A stretch of 64,000 bases of DNA from Octopus vulgaris (GCA_951406725.2 OX597825.1:87172001-87236000), one strand, 5' to 3'. Positions 25,484 to 40,723 are shown, counted from the first letter of the stretch. Notes: generated by a model not told the origin, from the letters alone. Translations and numbers: made by a program.

Positions 25484-27265
25484 TAAATATATACATATGT
25501 ACATATGTACATATATGTATATGAATACATATATTAGAAGAAATGAGGTACTCAGAGATTCGGATGGTTTTATATTTACATATATCTATTTGTATGTTAC
25601 ACGTTTTTATACATCATATATCATATATCATATACAGCGCTTTCGTTCATTCTAGTAGAGTCGTCAAATATATATATATATATATATATATTGTATATCA
25701 AACCTAAGGTGTTATATTGTTTTATTTAATTAATTTGTTTAACCGCATAATTGCGTCCATATCTAGAAACCTTGGTTTCACTTATACCCATTCTTTAGCC
25801 AGCAGAATTAGTTTCTCACATAGACCTCTCAATTTAAGTTCGAATCAAGTGTTTCCTCTTCCGAAAATCTGTTATCTGTTCTTCATATATACACAGTGAG
25901 ATAGATGGAAAAATTGATAGAGGGAGAGAGACAGCGAGCGAGAGAGAGAAAGAAAGAAAGAGAGAGAGGGAGAGAGAGAGAGGGACACACACACACATAC
26001 ACACACAAACACACACAACACACACACACACACACACATACACATATATTATATATCCCGTAAAAGCATGTGCCCAAATCACTTTTCTCATAAGGTATGA
26101 ACTGCAGAGAAGTAATTTTTAAAGGAAGTCATTTTCGGCTGCTGTAAAATTTAATAGATTCAGTAGATTAATTAAACTGGACCGATTAGAGCAAGATTCC
26201 TGACTAATGCCAAGTTGAAAGATTCTTCAAAGTTGAATAGGTCTAATTTAATACGTTATTTCAATAATATTAATATAATGCAAGCAATTAAACGACCGAG
26301 CTCTTTTGAAGGTGTTGGCATGAGATGTAATTCCTGTATAGATGAAATTCTTGATAGATATCAACGAGGTCAATACAAGGAAATGACTTCGACTAAAGAG
26401 ATCGATTCGGTTTGAACTTTCTTCTCCTCTCACCAATGACTTCAATTACGGTACTTTTTTTCTTTCTATAGATAAAAAGATTTAAATAACTTTCTTCAGA
26501 AATTTAACAGACATTGGTAAATTACCTAATTATCAGAATTAATTAGACGCGCTGTTATTGTCGTCGTCGTCGTCGTTATTGTTGATCCTGTTGTCTAATC
26601 GACCAATGATCAAATCCTCTCCAATCGTGAGCGTATCGTAATTTATTAAGATATACATAAGGTTACATAATCAATTATATATCGTTTCATGTTTTAAGAG
26701 AGAAATGGTAAGTTGGAGGAGATGTGGTTGTTACTTCTAGCAGCTCGGATAACCACGCAGTGACGTTATTGGTGCTTACCATTACGTTTCTATAATGGAG
26801 AGGCACAATGCGTACTTTTGAAGTCCATTCAGCAAAACGTAAGATGTGTGTATTCTGCATTGGAGTAAATAAAGTAGTTATAGAATAATATATACACTCG
26901 TATAGAGAATATACACCCAACTGTATTACAGTAGAACATAGACGGGAAAGAAAACTATTAAAGCATAAAATATTTGAGGAAAACAAAGTGAATGGAAAAC
27001 AGATGCAAAGTAATAGAGAGAGAGAGAGAAAGAAGGAAAGAGAGAGGGAGTGAGAAAAACGAAAGAGAGAAAGAGAGAGAGAGAAATCAATGCGTAGATC
27101 TACATCAAAAGCATAATATTAGGAATAAAGAAAAACCCAAAATTTAGGGGTTTGCAAATACGTCTCTTCCTTTTCTCTTTCTTGCTTCTCTCCTTTCTCT
27201 CCTTTTTCTATCGAAACTGTGCCGATGCTTTACTCATCGTCTATTTATACTTTTTGTATAACTTC

Positions 27266-27306
<41 letters not shown>

Positions 27307-27527
27307 TTCGGTGCGAAAGGTTCTTTTATACGGCGCTGTTTTTACAATCCTGTAAATAATAATAATGGTATTTTTATATAAGCTTCAAGCTTATGGCGAT
27401 CACCGTGCAATGACCAAGGAAAATAGTCTAATAAAGGGGCATATAAGAAGGCTTTTCTATCCGCGTGTGAGTCGAACCTGCATTCCTTTGTTACATATAT
27501 ACACATATATGTATGTACGTATGTATA

Positions 27528-27660
27528 TATAGAAGGAATTGCTGAAAAGTTCCTGGCTTTGCTTAGAAGAAAATACACGAAGATCAGTTAATTATTGCTT
27601 TAGCCAACATATTTCCCCTCTCAGATTCACACACTTATTACAGTGGTCCTTCAGGTTTTC
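27528..27660 (-). mobile_element. Mariner transposon 3' end (TIR + transposase C-terminus)
   Basis: Minus strand reads ENLKDHCNKCVNLRGE, matching the mariner C-terminal R/HWxKCVxxxGxY pattern. A TIR-like ...GCTGAAAAGTTCCTGGCTTT is present. Confidence 0.7.
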
Positions 27661-27675
27661 ATACACATATATATA

Positions 27676-27716
<41 letters not shown>

Positions 27717-27958
27717 AATTTGAATATATATGTATATATAAGCATATATTGACCTACATATTCACGTACTACACATGTGTGTGTATGTACACACACATAC
27801 ACATTTATATATATATATATACATCTCTTTAGATATACATTTGCATACATTGACACACATAAAATCCGTAATTTGAATATAAATGCATGGCCAGTTGCCT
27901 TCAGATATAAACGCCCGCACCCCCTCCTCACACAGACACATACACAGACACACACACA

Positions 27959-28018
<60 letters not shown>

Positions 28019-28966
28019 TCAACAGGATTTCTGTGTGTATTCATAGACATGTTTGAATTAATAATTCGTTTATTAAAATGGCTGATCCTGCAATGCAAAT
28101 ATCGTTGTTACCTTGCGGCAAAGACAATTCATTAAGCATATTCAATGCTGCAACAAACATAGTCTTAGATTGTCTTTGGAGTTGGTTTCTTGTGTTAAGC
28201 TGATACTTACATGACCCTCACCTCGAGTCATATCTCTCTTTAACTTGAAATATAAATGAGTTAACAAAAAGCAGTTCACATTTGCCGAATCAGTTCAGCA
28301 GTAATAACAACTAAATCGTTTTGGTATGATACTCTGCATTCTTAAAAATGGACGGATACTTTAAATGACGTTGCCATAGTTACCAGAGCTGAAAAACATG
28401 GTATTGTAATGTTAAGAGGGTTATATGATCACATGACAAAGAATGGAAATTAATGAGAATTAAATCAGTTACTGCTTTTTTTTTTTCTATTTTAAATGGT
28501 TGAATTCTGTGTAAGATTGAGTTATTATTTTAGTCGCCCACAAATGTAGGCTGCCAAAGAATTCTAAAAACGGCTCCTCATTTGAATTCCACGAAAACAC
28601 AAATAACAGATTACAATCATCAAACAATAAGAGACAGCTCTGTACATAATTTAGACAAAATGATTGTTGAAGTTTACAATGCAGAAAATAATAGAAATGA
28701 AAAGACCAACTAAGGCCAACTGAATGACGCCAACGTCAAACAAAGACGAAATTTGAGCGGAACAGCAAGAAAGTTACGGATTTCTGAATAAAAAGAATCA
28801 CAAGAATTTCATCGTAGAAGACTCACGATAGGCATTTATAAAATTTCTTCACAAAGATTTCTTTCATTCAAAGATTTCGATTCCTTGTATTCCGTTTCAT
28901 TGTGTAACATATACATCATGTAATATATAATTATACAAACGTATGTAAAAATGTGAATAAAATTAC

Positions 28967-29165
28967 CTGTTTGAAATGGATATCCTGTCTCTTCCATAAC
29001 ATGATATTGTTTCAGTTCCAATATAAGATGTCTGGTCAAGTGACCAAACAAATACAATTTTGAAATAAACGATATAATTACAGAAACTACAGCGACACAT
29101 CATTTGTGTGATAGAAATCAAATACTGTCTGTCTGCCTCAGGCCAACACACCAGAACCATCAGAC
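28967..29165 (-). other. Candidate minus-strand exon (199 nt)
   Basis: Minus strand reads gtttttttgtag|GTCTGATGG...CAAACAG|gtaatt. One frame is open (MVLVCWPEADRQY...) but is not a recognised protein. Confidence 0.3.
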
Positions 29166-29255
29166 CTACAAAAAAACCTACTGGAAATTATGTCCAGACA
29201 AACTTCCTGTTGTACGGACACCAATACGTAGCGGAGAGGCCAATATAATAAATCA

Positions 29256-29478
29256 ACTGGCAGAATCGTTAGCGCGCCGGGCGAAATGCTTAGTGGTATT
29301 TCGTCTGCCGCTACGTTCTGAGTTCAAATTCCGCCGAGGTCGACTTTGCCTTTCATCCTTTCGGGGTCGATTAAATAAGTACCAGTTACGCACTGGGGTC
29401 GATATAATCGACTTTATCCGTTTGTCTGTCCTTGTTTGTTCCTTCTGTGTTTAGCCCCTTGTGGGCAATAAAGAAATA
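29256..29478 (+). mobile_element. tRNA-derived SINE (tail A) with a 14-bp target-site duplication
   Basis: TSD AATATAATAAATCA at 29242-29255 and 29479-29492, with B-box-like GAGTTCAAATTCC. Confidence 0.9.
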
Positions 29479-31317
29479 AATATAATAAATCAGATGAAGC
29501 TTAACTTTGGAACTCTGGGGCCGTGGATCGAATGAGATCGGCACTGCAACATCAGGTTTTGTTTTAGGAAAAGGTTGTTTTAGTGATTATACAACACACA
29601 CATATGCTTAGGCGCGCGCACACACACACTCACTTTCTCTCTCTCTCTCACACACACACACTCCTATATACGGCTGGTAACAAATGCTTGTGTCCAATCA
29701 GTGATCGTACCCAGGGTGTACAGAAAATATCACATAGATATAACGAACTTATCACACAGTCATTTAAACAATTGTGTGACTATTATCGAGTGTCTTGTTA
29801 GAAGTGGTGAATACATCCGACCCTGTATCACATAAGAAGAATCCATTTACACCAAATGTTATATTTTTTAGTCCAGAAGCGCATCCAAAACCCTCTTTCA
29901 CGCGGACAGTTTTTTTCGCTAGTTTCCTGCTTTACTAAAAATAAGTAAATGTAGGCGAAAATGAAGAATTCCATGGAAGAAGGCAGGCTTAAAAGTGGGT
30001 CCTGACAAGTATTCGGGGGAACATAGAAGTAGATGTGGAAATGGATTCTCTAAAAAAATTTACTTCTATTCATATTGTTTTTGTCTTAAGGATATCTCAT
30101 ATCAAATCATAAGGATATTAGATGATGGTGGTTGTGAGGAGGACTATTAGAAATGAAATTTGAAGTTTAATCAGTATTGGCCAATTAGTTACCATTGGTC
30201 TGTAGTAATATGTTGTTGTACGATATTTCAGTGCTGAAGACTTTGTAAAGCAAACACGAAGGATATAGAATAAAAACAAACTGAAGAAAAGAGAGCCTGG
30301 TATATATTTGTTTGCAAAGAATAAAATATCGAAGATAGTCCAATCACACGGACGAAATTGGTTTAGATTGTTAAAAAGAATATTAATGACCAACATACAT
30401 AATTTACACTCAATTTCACGAACTCTAAACAACTAATACCATAATAATTAACTGCAAATGTTTCTTTAGCGACTGTGGAGTCGATGACAACAACGAAGTA
30501 GACATCCTATAATTATTCTCGCTGTTCGAGTCTTAACCCGATCGACTTCAACATTTATAATTACAAAAGAATGTTTTGATATCAGTTGTAGAAGCGCGGA
30601 TGAGGGAAGACACGTAACTGGAAATGTTTTTCATTTTTTTGAGAGTAAACACAAAGAAATAATTTTTAGACGAATACAAGAAAAAAAAGAAGAAAACCAC
30701 TCATTCACACGCAACGTAAATCACGTTACATAACACAGGTAACTCCACAACATTTTAAAATGAAATGGAAGACAGCAATGGAGGAGTTATCGACAAAAAG
30801 AATGCTATTACAAGTTATGAAATAAATTAATATTTTCAGAAAAACACGTCTCAAAATAAAAGCTACAGCTAATAACTGTTAACTATGACCCGTGTTTTAT
30901 AGTTGCTAAAGCAGAAAAAAATATGTCCCATATTTAATATGTCTGTTGAGATAAAATGTTATATAAGAATTGTTAGATCGCGTGGAATCAAAATATAAAT
31001 ACGCTGTTTAATGTCCCCAACCCGAAACTGGAATATTCCAATGGAATATTTTTATATAGTATGAGATGTAAGTAAAAAGAACGGGAGACTGCTGTGATAT
31101 GTGCACTCTATACTAAAATAAGTTAAAGATAAATTTACTGGTATTGTAATTAAGGGGTACCTTTGAAATATGGGTCTCTGGAATCAGGGTTAATCTGGAA
31201 TTGAAGAATAACAACAACAAGTATAATCATGGATGGTAAGTAAAAGAAAGCTTCATTTAATGGCCGTAGATTTTGCTGCTAGCTTAGCAAATAACACCAC
31301 CACCACCAACCCACCAC

Positions 31318-31745
31318 CAGCATAAACCTGAAACTGTGACCGGAAAAGATGATGTAACAGTACTCTAGGACATGCCAATCCACACCGATAAAGATATCAA
31401 GGCAAACAAGCCGGACATAATCATCAAAGATGGGGAAGAATAAGAGATGCTTAATGATAGATGTGACAGTACCATCAGAGAGAAAGTTATTTAAGTACAA
31501 AGACTAAGGAATAGAAGTGACTAAGATGTGGGGAATGAACAGCAGCACAGCATGAGTGGTGATTGGAGCGTTAAAGCTAATTAAAAAGGGCCTTGATAAG
31601 CAGCTCAACAAACTCCCTTGCAGTGTTAACGTGGAGGAACTTTTTACACATTTTACGCCGTGTACTCCCCATGAGATGAGGACCTGCTGTGACCCTAGGG
31701 TCAAGGGATGACCCCGGTTCAGCAGAAGACAACGGAACATATTTT
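31318..31745 (+). pseudogene. R4/Dong-type LINE restriction-like endonuclease (PD-D/ExK) relic
   Basis: HKPETV...DMPIHTDKDIKANKPDIIIKD...LMIDVTVPS...KYKD*GIEVTKMWG...VVIGALKLIKKG, with stops and frameshifts. Confidence 0.8.
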
Positions 31746-31774
31746 ATTTAAAAAAAAAATATTAATGATAATAA

Positions 31775-31972
31775 TTTCAAATTTTGGCACAAGTCCAGCA
31801 CTTTCGGGGTGGGGAGAGGTAAGTCGGTTACGTCAACCCAGTCTTCAACTGGCGCTTATTTGATCGACCATGAAATGATGAAATGCAAAGTCAACCTCGG
31901 TGGAATATGCGCTATAAAGACGAACGAAATGCCGCTAAGCATCTTGTCCGTGGTGCTAACGCTTCTGACAGC
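31775..31972 (-). mobile_element. tRNA-derived SINE (tail B), diverged
   Basis: Reverse complement is homologous to 40174-40390. Confidence 0.75.
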
Positions 31973-32000
31973 TAATAATAATAATAATAATAATAATAAT

Positions 32001-32238
32001 GATGTCATTGGAGCACTGGGTTCAATACCACCCAATCTGAGAAAAACATCTGGAAACCTTAGAAATACCCTACAATCTAGATGTATTGCAAAAGTCAGCA
32101 TTCCTTGGAACTGTAAGCATATTGCGTAAAGTCCTGTCTGTCTGAGTTCCTTGTTGTGACTTGACAAACAGTACAAACTCCTGGTAGGTACAACAACTTC
32201 AATCAACAACCTCACCATATTGTATACTGTGTGACATC
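32001..32238 (+). mobile_element. R4/Dong-type LINE 3' end between (TAA)n arrays
   Basis: VIGALGSIPPNLR/KHLETLEIPYNLDVLQKSAFLGTVSILRKVLSV*, with (TAA)n on both sides. Confidence 0.8.
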
Positions 32239-32915
<677 letters not shown>

Positions 32916-33023
32916 TAATAATAATAATAATGATGATAGAAAATAGTAATAAAAACAACGACAACAATATTAACAGCAACATCAAAATAAACAGAATAAG
33001 AATAATAACAACAATAAATATCT

Positions 33024-33246
33024 AAAAATTTGTCACCGTTCTCTGTTGCTATTCTGAGCCATTGAATAGCATATCTTGTGATATAAATAATTAGTAAATC
33101 GTATTATATTTCATATTTGTTTATCTTTAATCCTCTCTAAGTCGACCAATTATATTATAAAATACAAATTAGCTTTCTGGTAAATATTTAGAGAATGGTG
33201 AGCAATTCGATATTTCATTCCAGCTTAGAGACACTAAACTTATGTG
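33024..33246 (+). repeat. Direct repeat copy 1 (223 bp)
   Basis: Matches 35014-35235 with one indel and one substitution by eye. Confidence 0.95.
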
Positions 33247-34305
33247 TATACGTGTGTATATACGTGTGTCTATGTAAGTATATCTGCATGAATGTTTAAA
33301 ATATGTGTATATATATTTGCATACATATGCATATATACGTATATATGTATATATGTATATGTATATGCAAAAATATATACATGCATATATATATTTTATA
33401 TATATGTATATGCATATACGTATGTTTAAATATATGAATGAACGAGTGGATATATTTCTTGAATCAATATCTCGCATACTTAGCCATATTGGCGCACACA
33501 TATAGAGACTTCTACGCTTATATATACATTTGTATATAGAAGTTGAGATTTAAAACATAAAAGGCCACAAAATATTCTCGATCAATTTATATTTGTATCT
33601 CCATTTGGAAAAGAAATCAAAACCTTTGCGGTAATTATTTGCGACTGGTAAGAAAAAAAGGGAGATAATATCAACGAAATTGAATAACTCTTTGTCAATT
33701 ATTTTCCGAGTTTCTTGGGAAATCTAATAATTGTTTGGTGCAAGACATAATTATTGATAGAGAAGCATTAGAACGATCACAATATGAGAAATTATTGGAC
33801 CATAATTTAATCAGTTGGAAAGAGTGAAGTTTTAATTTTCGAAAATATAGTAAACAAAAATTATCTCTGTTTAAATATGTATATTATACGGTCTAAAGTT
33901 CTTGGTAATTCTTTTTTTTTTCATGTCAAACATCCCAGCTTATGAATACAGATTTGTATAGACTATACTTTGCTGGGGATGTGCAATTGTTAAGAAATAT
34001 ATCTATAATTACCCTCTTGTCTATAAATAACGATAAGACCTTCTTCTATTTTCAATTCCTTTTTCTTTTTTGAAATTATCTTGCCTAAAGTTTGTAAATC
34101 GTCAGCAATTATGGATAGGGCCCTAGCTTCTCTCTAAACCTGAAGGAGAGTTTTCAAATAGATACTATTATGCACTTAATTAGTTGACAATGTTTATAGG
34201 GAGAAGGAAATGGGTAAAGTGGTAGAGAAACGTCATCTCTCTCTCCCACCTTCTCCCTCTCTCTCCTATCTCCCTCCTCTCTCTCTCTCATACACAATTA
34301 TGCGC

Positions 34306-34368
<63 letters not shown>

Positions 34369-34867
34369 TAGGAATGGTTTGTGTGAAGTTTTTGGTTGGG
34401 TTTATTTTAGCAGAGCTTAGAATCGGGTTGTCGTTAGTGCATTGAATATTATTGCGTTGACAGACATTATGGGAGTCAGTCTATTGTCATGATAATTTTC
34501 AGAATGCTATTTCATATGCATTTTGCTTGGCGATTACATTAAAATGTCAGGTGACTGTGGTCAACTTCAACTAGAAAACCAATCATTGAAAACGATGGAG
34601 ATCCCTTTAGTGAATAAATGCAATTGAACGAGTCTGTCCAGTGATGACTGACCTGGTGTTAAACAACAGCAACGAAGACGACAATGACATCAGTACAAAC
34701 AACAACAGCGGCAACAGCATCAACCGCAATAACCTCACATGACCATTGTTTGTGTTAACATTGAGTGAAAAGCAATAAAAAAAATGATTGAAAAGAAGCG
34801 AAAGAAAACAATCTTAAAAACAAACCGACATTGATAGCTCAAGATGATAATAATAATAATAATAATG

Positions 34868-34931
<64 letters not shown>

Positions 34932-35013
34932 CAACAACAACAGTAATAAGATTACGGAAAAAACAGAATAACAACATGAATAGTAAATTACTAAATATGT
35001 ATATAAAACATCA

Positions 35014-35235
35014 AAAAATTTGTCACCGTCTCTGTTGCTATTCTGAGCCATTGAATAGCATATCTTGTGATATAAATAATTACTAAATCGTATTATATTT
35101 CATATTTGTTTATCTTTAATCCTCTCTAAGTCGACCAATTATATTATAAAATACAAATTAGCTTTCTGGTAAATATTTAGAGAATGGTGAGCAATTCGAT
35201 ATTTCATTCCAGCTTAGAGACACTAAACTTATGTG
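35014..35235 (+). repeat. Direct repeat copy 2 (222 bp)
   Basis: Matches 33024-33246. Confidence 0.95.
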
Positions 35236-35243
35236 AATATACC

Positions 35244-35317
<74 letters not shown>

Positions 35318-36871
35318 TACATATATATATATATATATGTACATATATATATGCATGTATATATACACATCCATATATACATATGAGTGTGTGTATACAA
35401 CCATACATACATAAATACTCACACACGCACACGCACACATATGTTTACACACACATATATATATATATATGTACGCACGTATGTAGTTAAGTATTCTGTG
35501 TGTGTAATACGTAGTTATGTTGAATGCATGTATGTATATATATATATGTGTTTGCTAGTCTCTCTCAATATATGTATATCAGTAAATAAATGTATATATA
35601 TATATAAATATACAGTCGTACACATTCATGAATGAAACTCAGGAAGCATAATCGCAACCATTTACTACTTGTATACGCACACGCACGCGTATACATACAT
35701 GCACACTTATTTCTATGCACTAATGGTGATGTAGCGAATGGGACACACCAATCATTCTGAGTTTAGTTGAAATCTTCCACTCAACTGGAAAATGAATTCG
35801 AAAACTACCAGTAATTGTTAGCAGGCAGAAAGAAGAAGGGAGGTAGATAATTCCCTTAAATGTAAAACGGGTTTCGACTTGACAAATGGTCAGCGAAAAT
35901 CTGAGAATCTATTTTGTTTCTCATGTCATCATTGGTTGACCAGAGGTACAAGTCGCTGCTATAAAACTGTAAAATTGACGAATGCATCGTTTGGTTTGAG
36001 GAGTGAGTGTAAGTTCTTGGAGACGGATGAGGTGGACTAACTTGAGTTACACTTGAAGACAAAGCCGTGTCTGTTGCTCCTCCCACCGGTTCAACGGGTT
36101 ATAGCAATCAGCATATTTTCCAAGCGCATATTGAACATGTCTGGTCCGTAACATTATCAAAGCAAGTTGGATATTTATATTAATATTGACCTTCGATTAG
36201 TTTCTTTAGAACACAAAACATGATAAATTCTAAAGAAATCTGAATCGGCGATATCGGAAATATATTTTGTAAAAAGCAATTGAAATTTGAATTTCATTTA
36301 AGATTTATTTACTTTGAACTCTTAAATAACGAAATTATCTCCGAAAGTCAGATATGGAATATTGTCAGAGGAATCTTGTATTTTCTTTTTCTTTTAGTTC
36401 TTTGATATTTTTGTTTATTACTACCGTTACCTCTTTTCGTCTTTCTCTATTAACTATCGCCTATTTCTCTCTCTCTCTCTATGTATGCGTGTGTTTGTAT
36501 TTGTGTGTGTGTGTGTGTATGTGTGTATAGTGTATATGTATTTATGTGTGTGTGTGTGTCTGTGAATATATACATATACATGTATATACTTATATGTGTC
36601 TTTGTTTATATACGCTATATTGAAAACACGAGTATGTAATGCATATAAATGAGGTTGCCATGGCATCGAAACTTTGGTAAAACACAATCTAGGGACAAAT
36701 TACGAGGGTCAGAGAGTAAGATACGAAACGACCCTAATAAAAGTTAATTGCAAAATGGTTGCGCTTCAATACGTTATGCATAAAAGGAAAGCTATTTAGA
36801 CTGTTTGGTAAATGCATACCGACATACAATACAAACATGCATATACGGTATATGTATATGTATGTATATGC

Positions 36872-36952
<81 letters not shown>

Positions 36953-36990
36953 ACAATCTGTCTGTCTGTCTCCCCCCCTCTCTCTCTCTC

Positions 36991-37021
<31 letters not shown>

Positions 37022-38148
37022 ATGTATATATATTTCTCTGTAGGTATGTATGATTACATTCAATATTCATTCATTACGTTTTCTCTGCGCTCAGCTTCTA
37101 TAAATTTTTGTCTTATCTTTTCCCATTATATATTTTCATTCAGATATATTTATGCATTACATTTGTATACCTTTAACAGTAGCCAGGAACTGGTTAAAGA
37201 CTTCTCGATTATAGCGAGATATTCTTACCTCTTTTGCTATTCATACGCATCAATCTTGTTATATCTCTCCCTTCTATCTCTCCAATCCAATATTCTTAAC
37301 TGTGTAGTTACATAAGCGCTGTGAATGCAGTCCGGTGTTGCTATTCAAGCACCTTCCTTATTACAACGATACGATATATATGATTGATATAGAACTGGGA
37401 TAGCAAAATTATTGTCATTATTTCTTCGTCTTCTCTCTATTCCGCAGAGTTTTAGTCGTCCCCAGAGATTATTTCTGTGTGTTGTCTGGAATATCATCTA
37501 GGTGATGCCTCTATTTAGAACACAACACATCATTCTCACTATTATATAATGTGTCTATTAACCTAGAACTGGAGGCTAATCTCTAAGAACATCAGCACTG
37601 ACGGAACTGTGGCAAAACTAACCTATCAGAGTTATTGCAACACTGTTTCCTTATGCTTATTGTTACCGTCATTATTTAGCGATATATATATGTAGTATAT
37701 ATGTATATATGTGTGTGTGCACGCGTGTGTGTGAATATGTGTGTGTGAATATGTGTGTGTGTGCGTGTATACTTTTCGAGACTTGCTGTATTTATGGCTA
37801 CACAACCGAATGATTTCTCTCTCTTTTTTTTTCCTGCAAGCCATGGAGATCTGGCTGCTATTTCTAACAGGTCGGCCTCCCCATCCTTTGTTTATTTGTG
37901 ACGTTCTGAGCAGGTGTATTTACAGAAATGTCTTGCTTGAAGCATTCTCTTGCTTTGTTCTGTAAACTTAAACACAAAGGAAAATACGTTGGTTATAATT
38001 TCAAGATTCCTACTCACTTTGCAATCCGTTTCTTGCCACTCTACATTTGAAAATATTGTGGCCGTGCTTGTAATGAAAAATTCCTTTCATTATTATTATA
38101 ACTAAAATTCCTTTCTCATTATTATTATAACTAAAACACTATCCATAA

Positions 38149-38535
38149 GGCGGCGAGCTGGCAGAAACGTTAGCACGCCGAGGTAAAGGCTTAGTTGTAT
38201 TTGGTCTACCACTACGTTCTAAGTTCAAATTCCGCCGTGGTCGAAGTTGCCTTTCATCCTTTCGGGGTCGATAAATTAAGTAGCAGTTACGCACTGGTGT
38301 TGATGTAATCGACTTAATCCTTTTGTCTGTCCCCTCTGTGTTTAGCCCCTTGTGGGTAGTAAAGAAATAGGTATTTCGTCTGTCTTTTTGATCTGAGCTC
38401 AAATTCCGCCGAGGTGGCCTTTGTATTTTATTCTTTCGGTGTTGATAAATTAAGTACCAGTTACGTACTGGGGTCTATCTAATCAACTGGCCCCCTCCCC
38501 CAAAATTTAGAGCCTTGTTCCTAGAGTAGAAAAAC
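38149..38535 (+). mobile_element. Dimeric SINE (tail-A unit followed by a headless tail-B unit) inside one 11-bp TSD
   Basis: Junction is AAAGAAATA|GGTATTTCGTC at ~38370. AAACACTATCC occurs at 38134-38144 and 38542-38552. Confidence 0.85.
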
Positions 38536-39258
38536 TTATTTAAACACTATCCTATTTGAATACAACCTGTAGCATGGACTGCAAAATACTTTGTTGCTGT
38601 AATACCAAGCATTTCCTATTATCCACGCATTTCAATAGGTGTTTGCTATGGAAACTAAAACCTGTATGTGTAAACATAAAGCTCGACATAGACTGGACAT
38701 GTAAACATTTAATCTGGGAGTCGATCGTAGAGCCGTCTTGAAATTCTCTTTTAACTTGAACTCAATATACAATAATTAGAGACAAATAACTTAATTCTTA
38801 CATTGATCTTTTTTTTCATCAGAATTCTTTCAAGGCTGCTCTTTCAAATTTGCTTTCAGCTGCTGACCTGAAGTATTTGTCCAAGTCAATACTGGCAAAT
38901 TTTCCAAAGTTTAAGAACAAGAATCAACATGAAACAGAAATTCGAAATGTTTCAAACTTTACAGTCTTTTTCTGCAAACAAACAATCATACGAAAACATG
39001 CATGTTGTTTTCGTGAAGAAATTTGCGTGTTTCTGTGTGGCTTTGCTCTTCGAGTTAAAAATCTTCGACTCGAACTAAGTATTTTCCTTATAGATACACA
39101 AAAGTCTAGAATTTATTTGGGAATAAGGAGATGAATAGGAAACAGTTGGTCGTTCCAACTGTATGGAAAGTTTTTGTGCATCTTTGTAGCATAATTGACA
39201 ATTTATAAGGGTTTTACTGTGAAAAGTGCGCTGAATTTCTACTAGGTTATTATACATG

Positions 39259-39314
<56 letters not shown>

Positions 39315-39391
39315 GTTATATATATATATGTATATAGTTATATACATATATAATTTGATATATGTATACTAAACCTCCAGTATTTTTGCTC

Positions 39392-39437
<46 letters not shown>

Positions 39438-39859
39438 TACACACACATAGGTTCAAAACACCTATCTCTCTCTCCTCCTCTCTCTCTCTCTTTATGTGTG
39501 TATGTGTTTAGATATGACTATGTGGCGGAAGAATGTCTCATACGCAGACTTTCACTGCTGGTAAAGACACGTCGATGTTCTCTGTTGTTCTACTAATTTT
39601 TGTTTCATATTTCATATTTCTAATTCCCTGAACGAGATGAAATGGCTTGACCTGACCTGACCTGACCTCACATTTGTCTATTTCAGTACAATCCTGTCCA
39701 AATGATTATCTCTAAACGTGTAGATGAAATGATATTTCTTGTGTTAGAGGTTTTCTGTGTTAATTGGCATCGACATTCTCTGCGTTAGAAGAAGATTTTA
39801 GATAATGAAAGTTGGTCGGTGTCATATTCATTAATTAAATGCCATTGAAAGAGATAATG

Positions 39860-40025
39860 AGGGAACGTAGGAGAAATAACAGCTAAATCTCGGTCAAATC
39901 TTACCCTGCTGCCCGAAGGAAAGGACACAATAAACACATGTTGTCTGGCATACAACGGAAAAGATGTGGTGGTCACCAAGCTAAATACTTTGCCCATTGG
40001 GTCGACCTCGGGCTAAGAGCACGAT
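39860..40025 (+). mobile_element. Old interspersed repeat (...GAAATAGCAGCTAAATCTCCC...GACCTGGGGCTAAACAAC type); related copies near 2450-2640, 26580-26760(-), 34600-34670, 46690-46840 and 61060-61140(-)
   Basis: Recurrent aaatagcagc(t/c)aaatctcc motif and gacct(c/g)gggctaa(a/g) end, often followed by (CAA)n-like sequence. Confidence 0.55.
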
Positions 40026-40173
40026 GAGGATGGTTCGTCCTTCAGCGTTTATACATATGATCATGTGGTCAATCAACGTTCAATAAATGGACATTGACCT
40101 GAATTTATGTATATATGTGGTTGTTAGTCTATGTCTGCTTACGTTCAATTTGATTACTTATTAATCTGTATAA

Positions 40174-40390
40174 GGCGGCGAGCTGGCAGAGTGGTTAGTA
40201 CGCCCGGCGAAATGCTTTGCGGTATTTCGGCCGTCGCTATGTTCTGAGTTCAATTTCCGCCAAGGTCGACTTTGCTCTTCATCCTTTCGGGGTCGATAAA
40301 TTAAGTACTAGTGAAACACCGGGGTCGATGTAATCGACTAGTTCCCTCCCCACAAATTTCAGGCCTTGTGCCTAGAGTAGAAAGGATTAT
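40174..40390 (+). mobile_element. Full-length tRNA-derived SINE (tail B)
   Basis: GGCGGCGAGCTGGCAGAGTGGTTAG (A-box-like)...GAGTTCAATTTCC (B-box-like)...GGCCTTGTGCCTAGAGTAGAAAGGATTAT. Confidence 0.9.
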
Positions 40391-40674
40391 AAGTCTGTTA
40401 TGGAAGACCGAAGTTAAAACACACACACACACACTCACACTCAGATACACTCACACACATAGACACACACACGCGCACACACACACATACACCACTCCCC
40501 CTCACCAACATATCGCTTTCAGTAATGTGAAGCTTAATCAAACTCATTAAACCCAACTAAATGCCTTCAGTGCTACTTTCGTTTGTTCACTCACTTATGT
40601 TTATGAATGCATACATACATGCATATATACATAAACATACATACATACACACATACACACATATGTATATATTA

Positions 40675-40723
<49 letters not shown>

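Noticed and set aside
29712-29800. CAGGGTGT...-starting possible mini-MITE
   Set aside because: The right end is too poorly complementary to call a TIR pair.
33031-35222. Possible TRIM/LTR element bounded by TGTC...GACA repeats
   Set aside because: Identity extends outside the putative LTR ends in both copies, and no TSD, PBS or PPT was seen. Kept only as a direct repeat.
37050-37600. Possible minus-strand R4/Dong RT relic (NFAIPVLY-like motif)
   Set aside because: Only one short motif is visible, which is too weak to call without a profile search.
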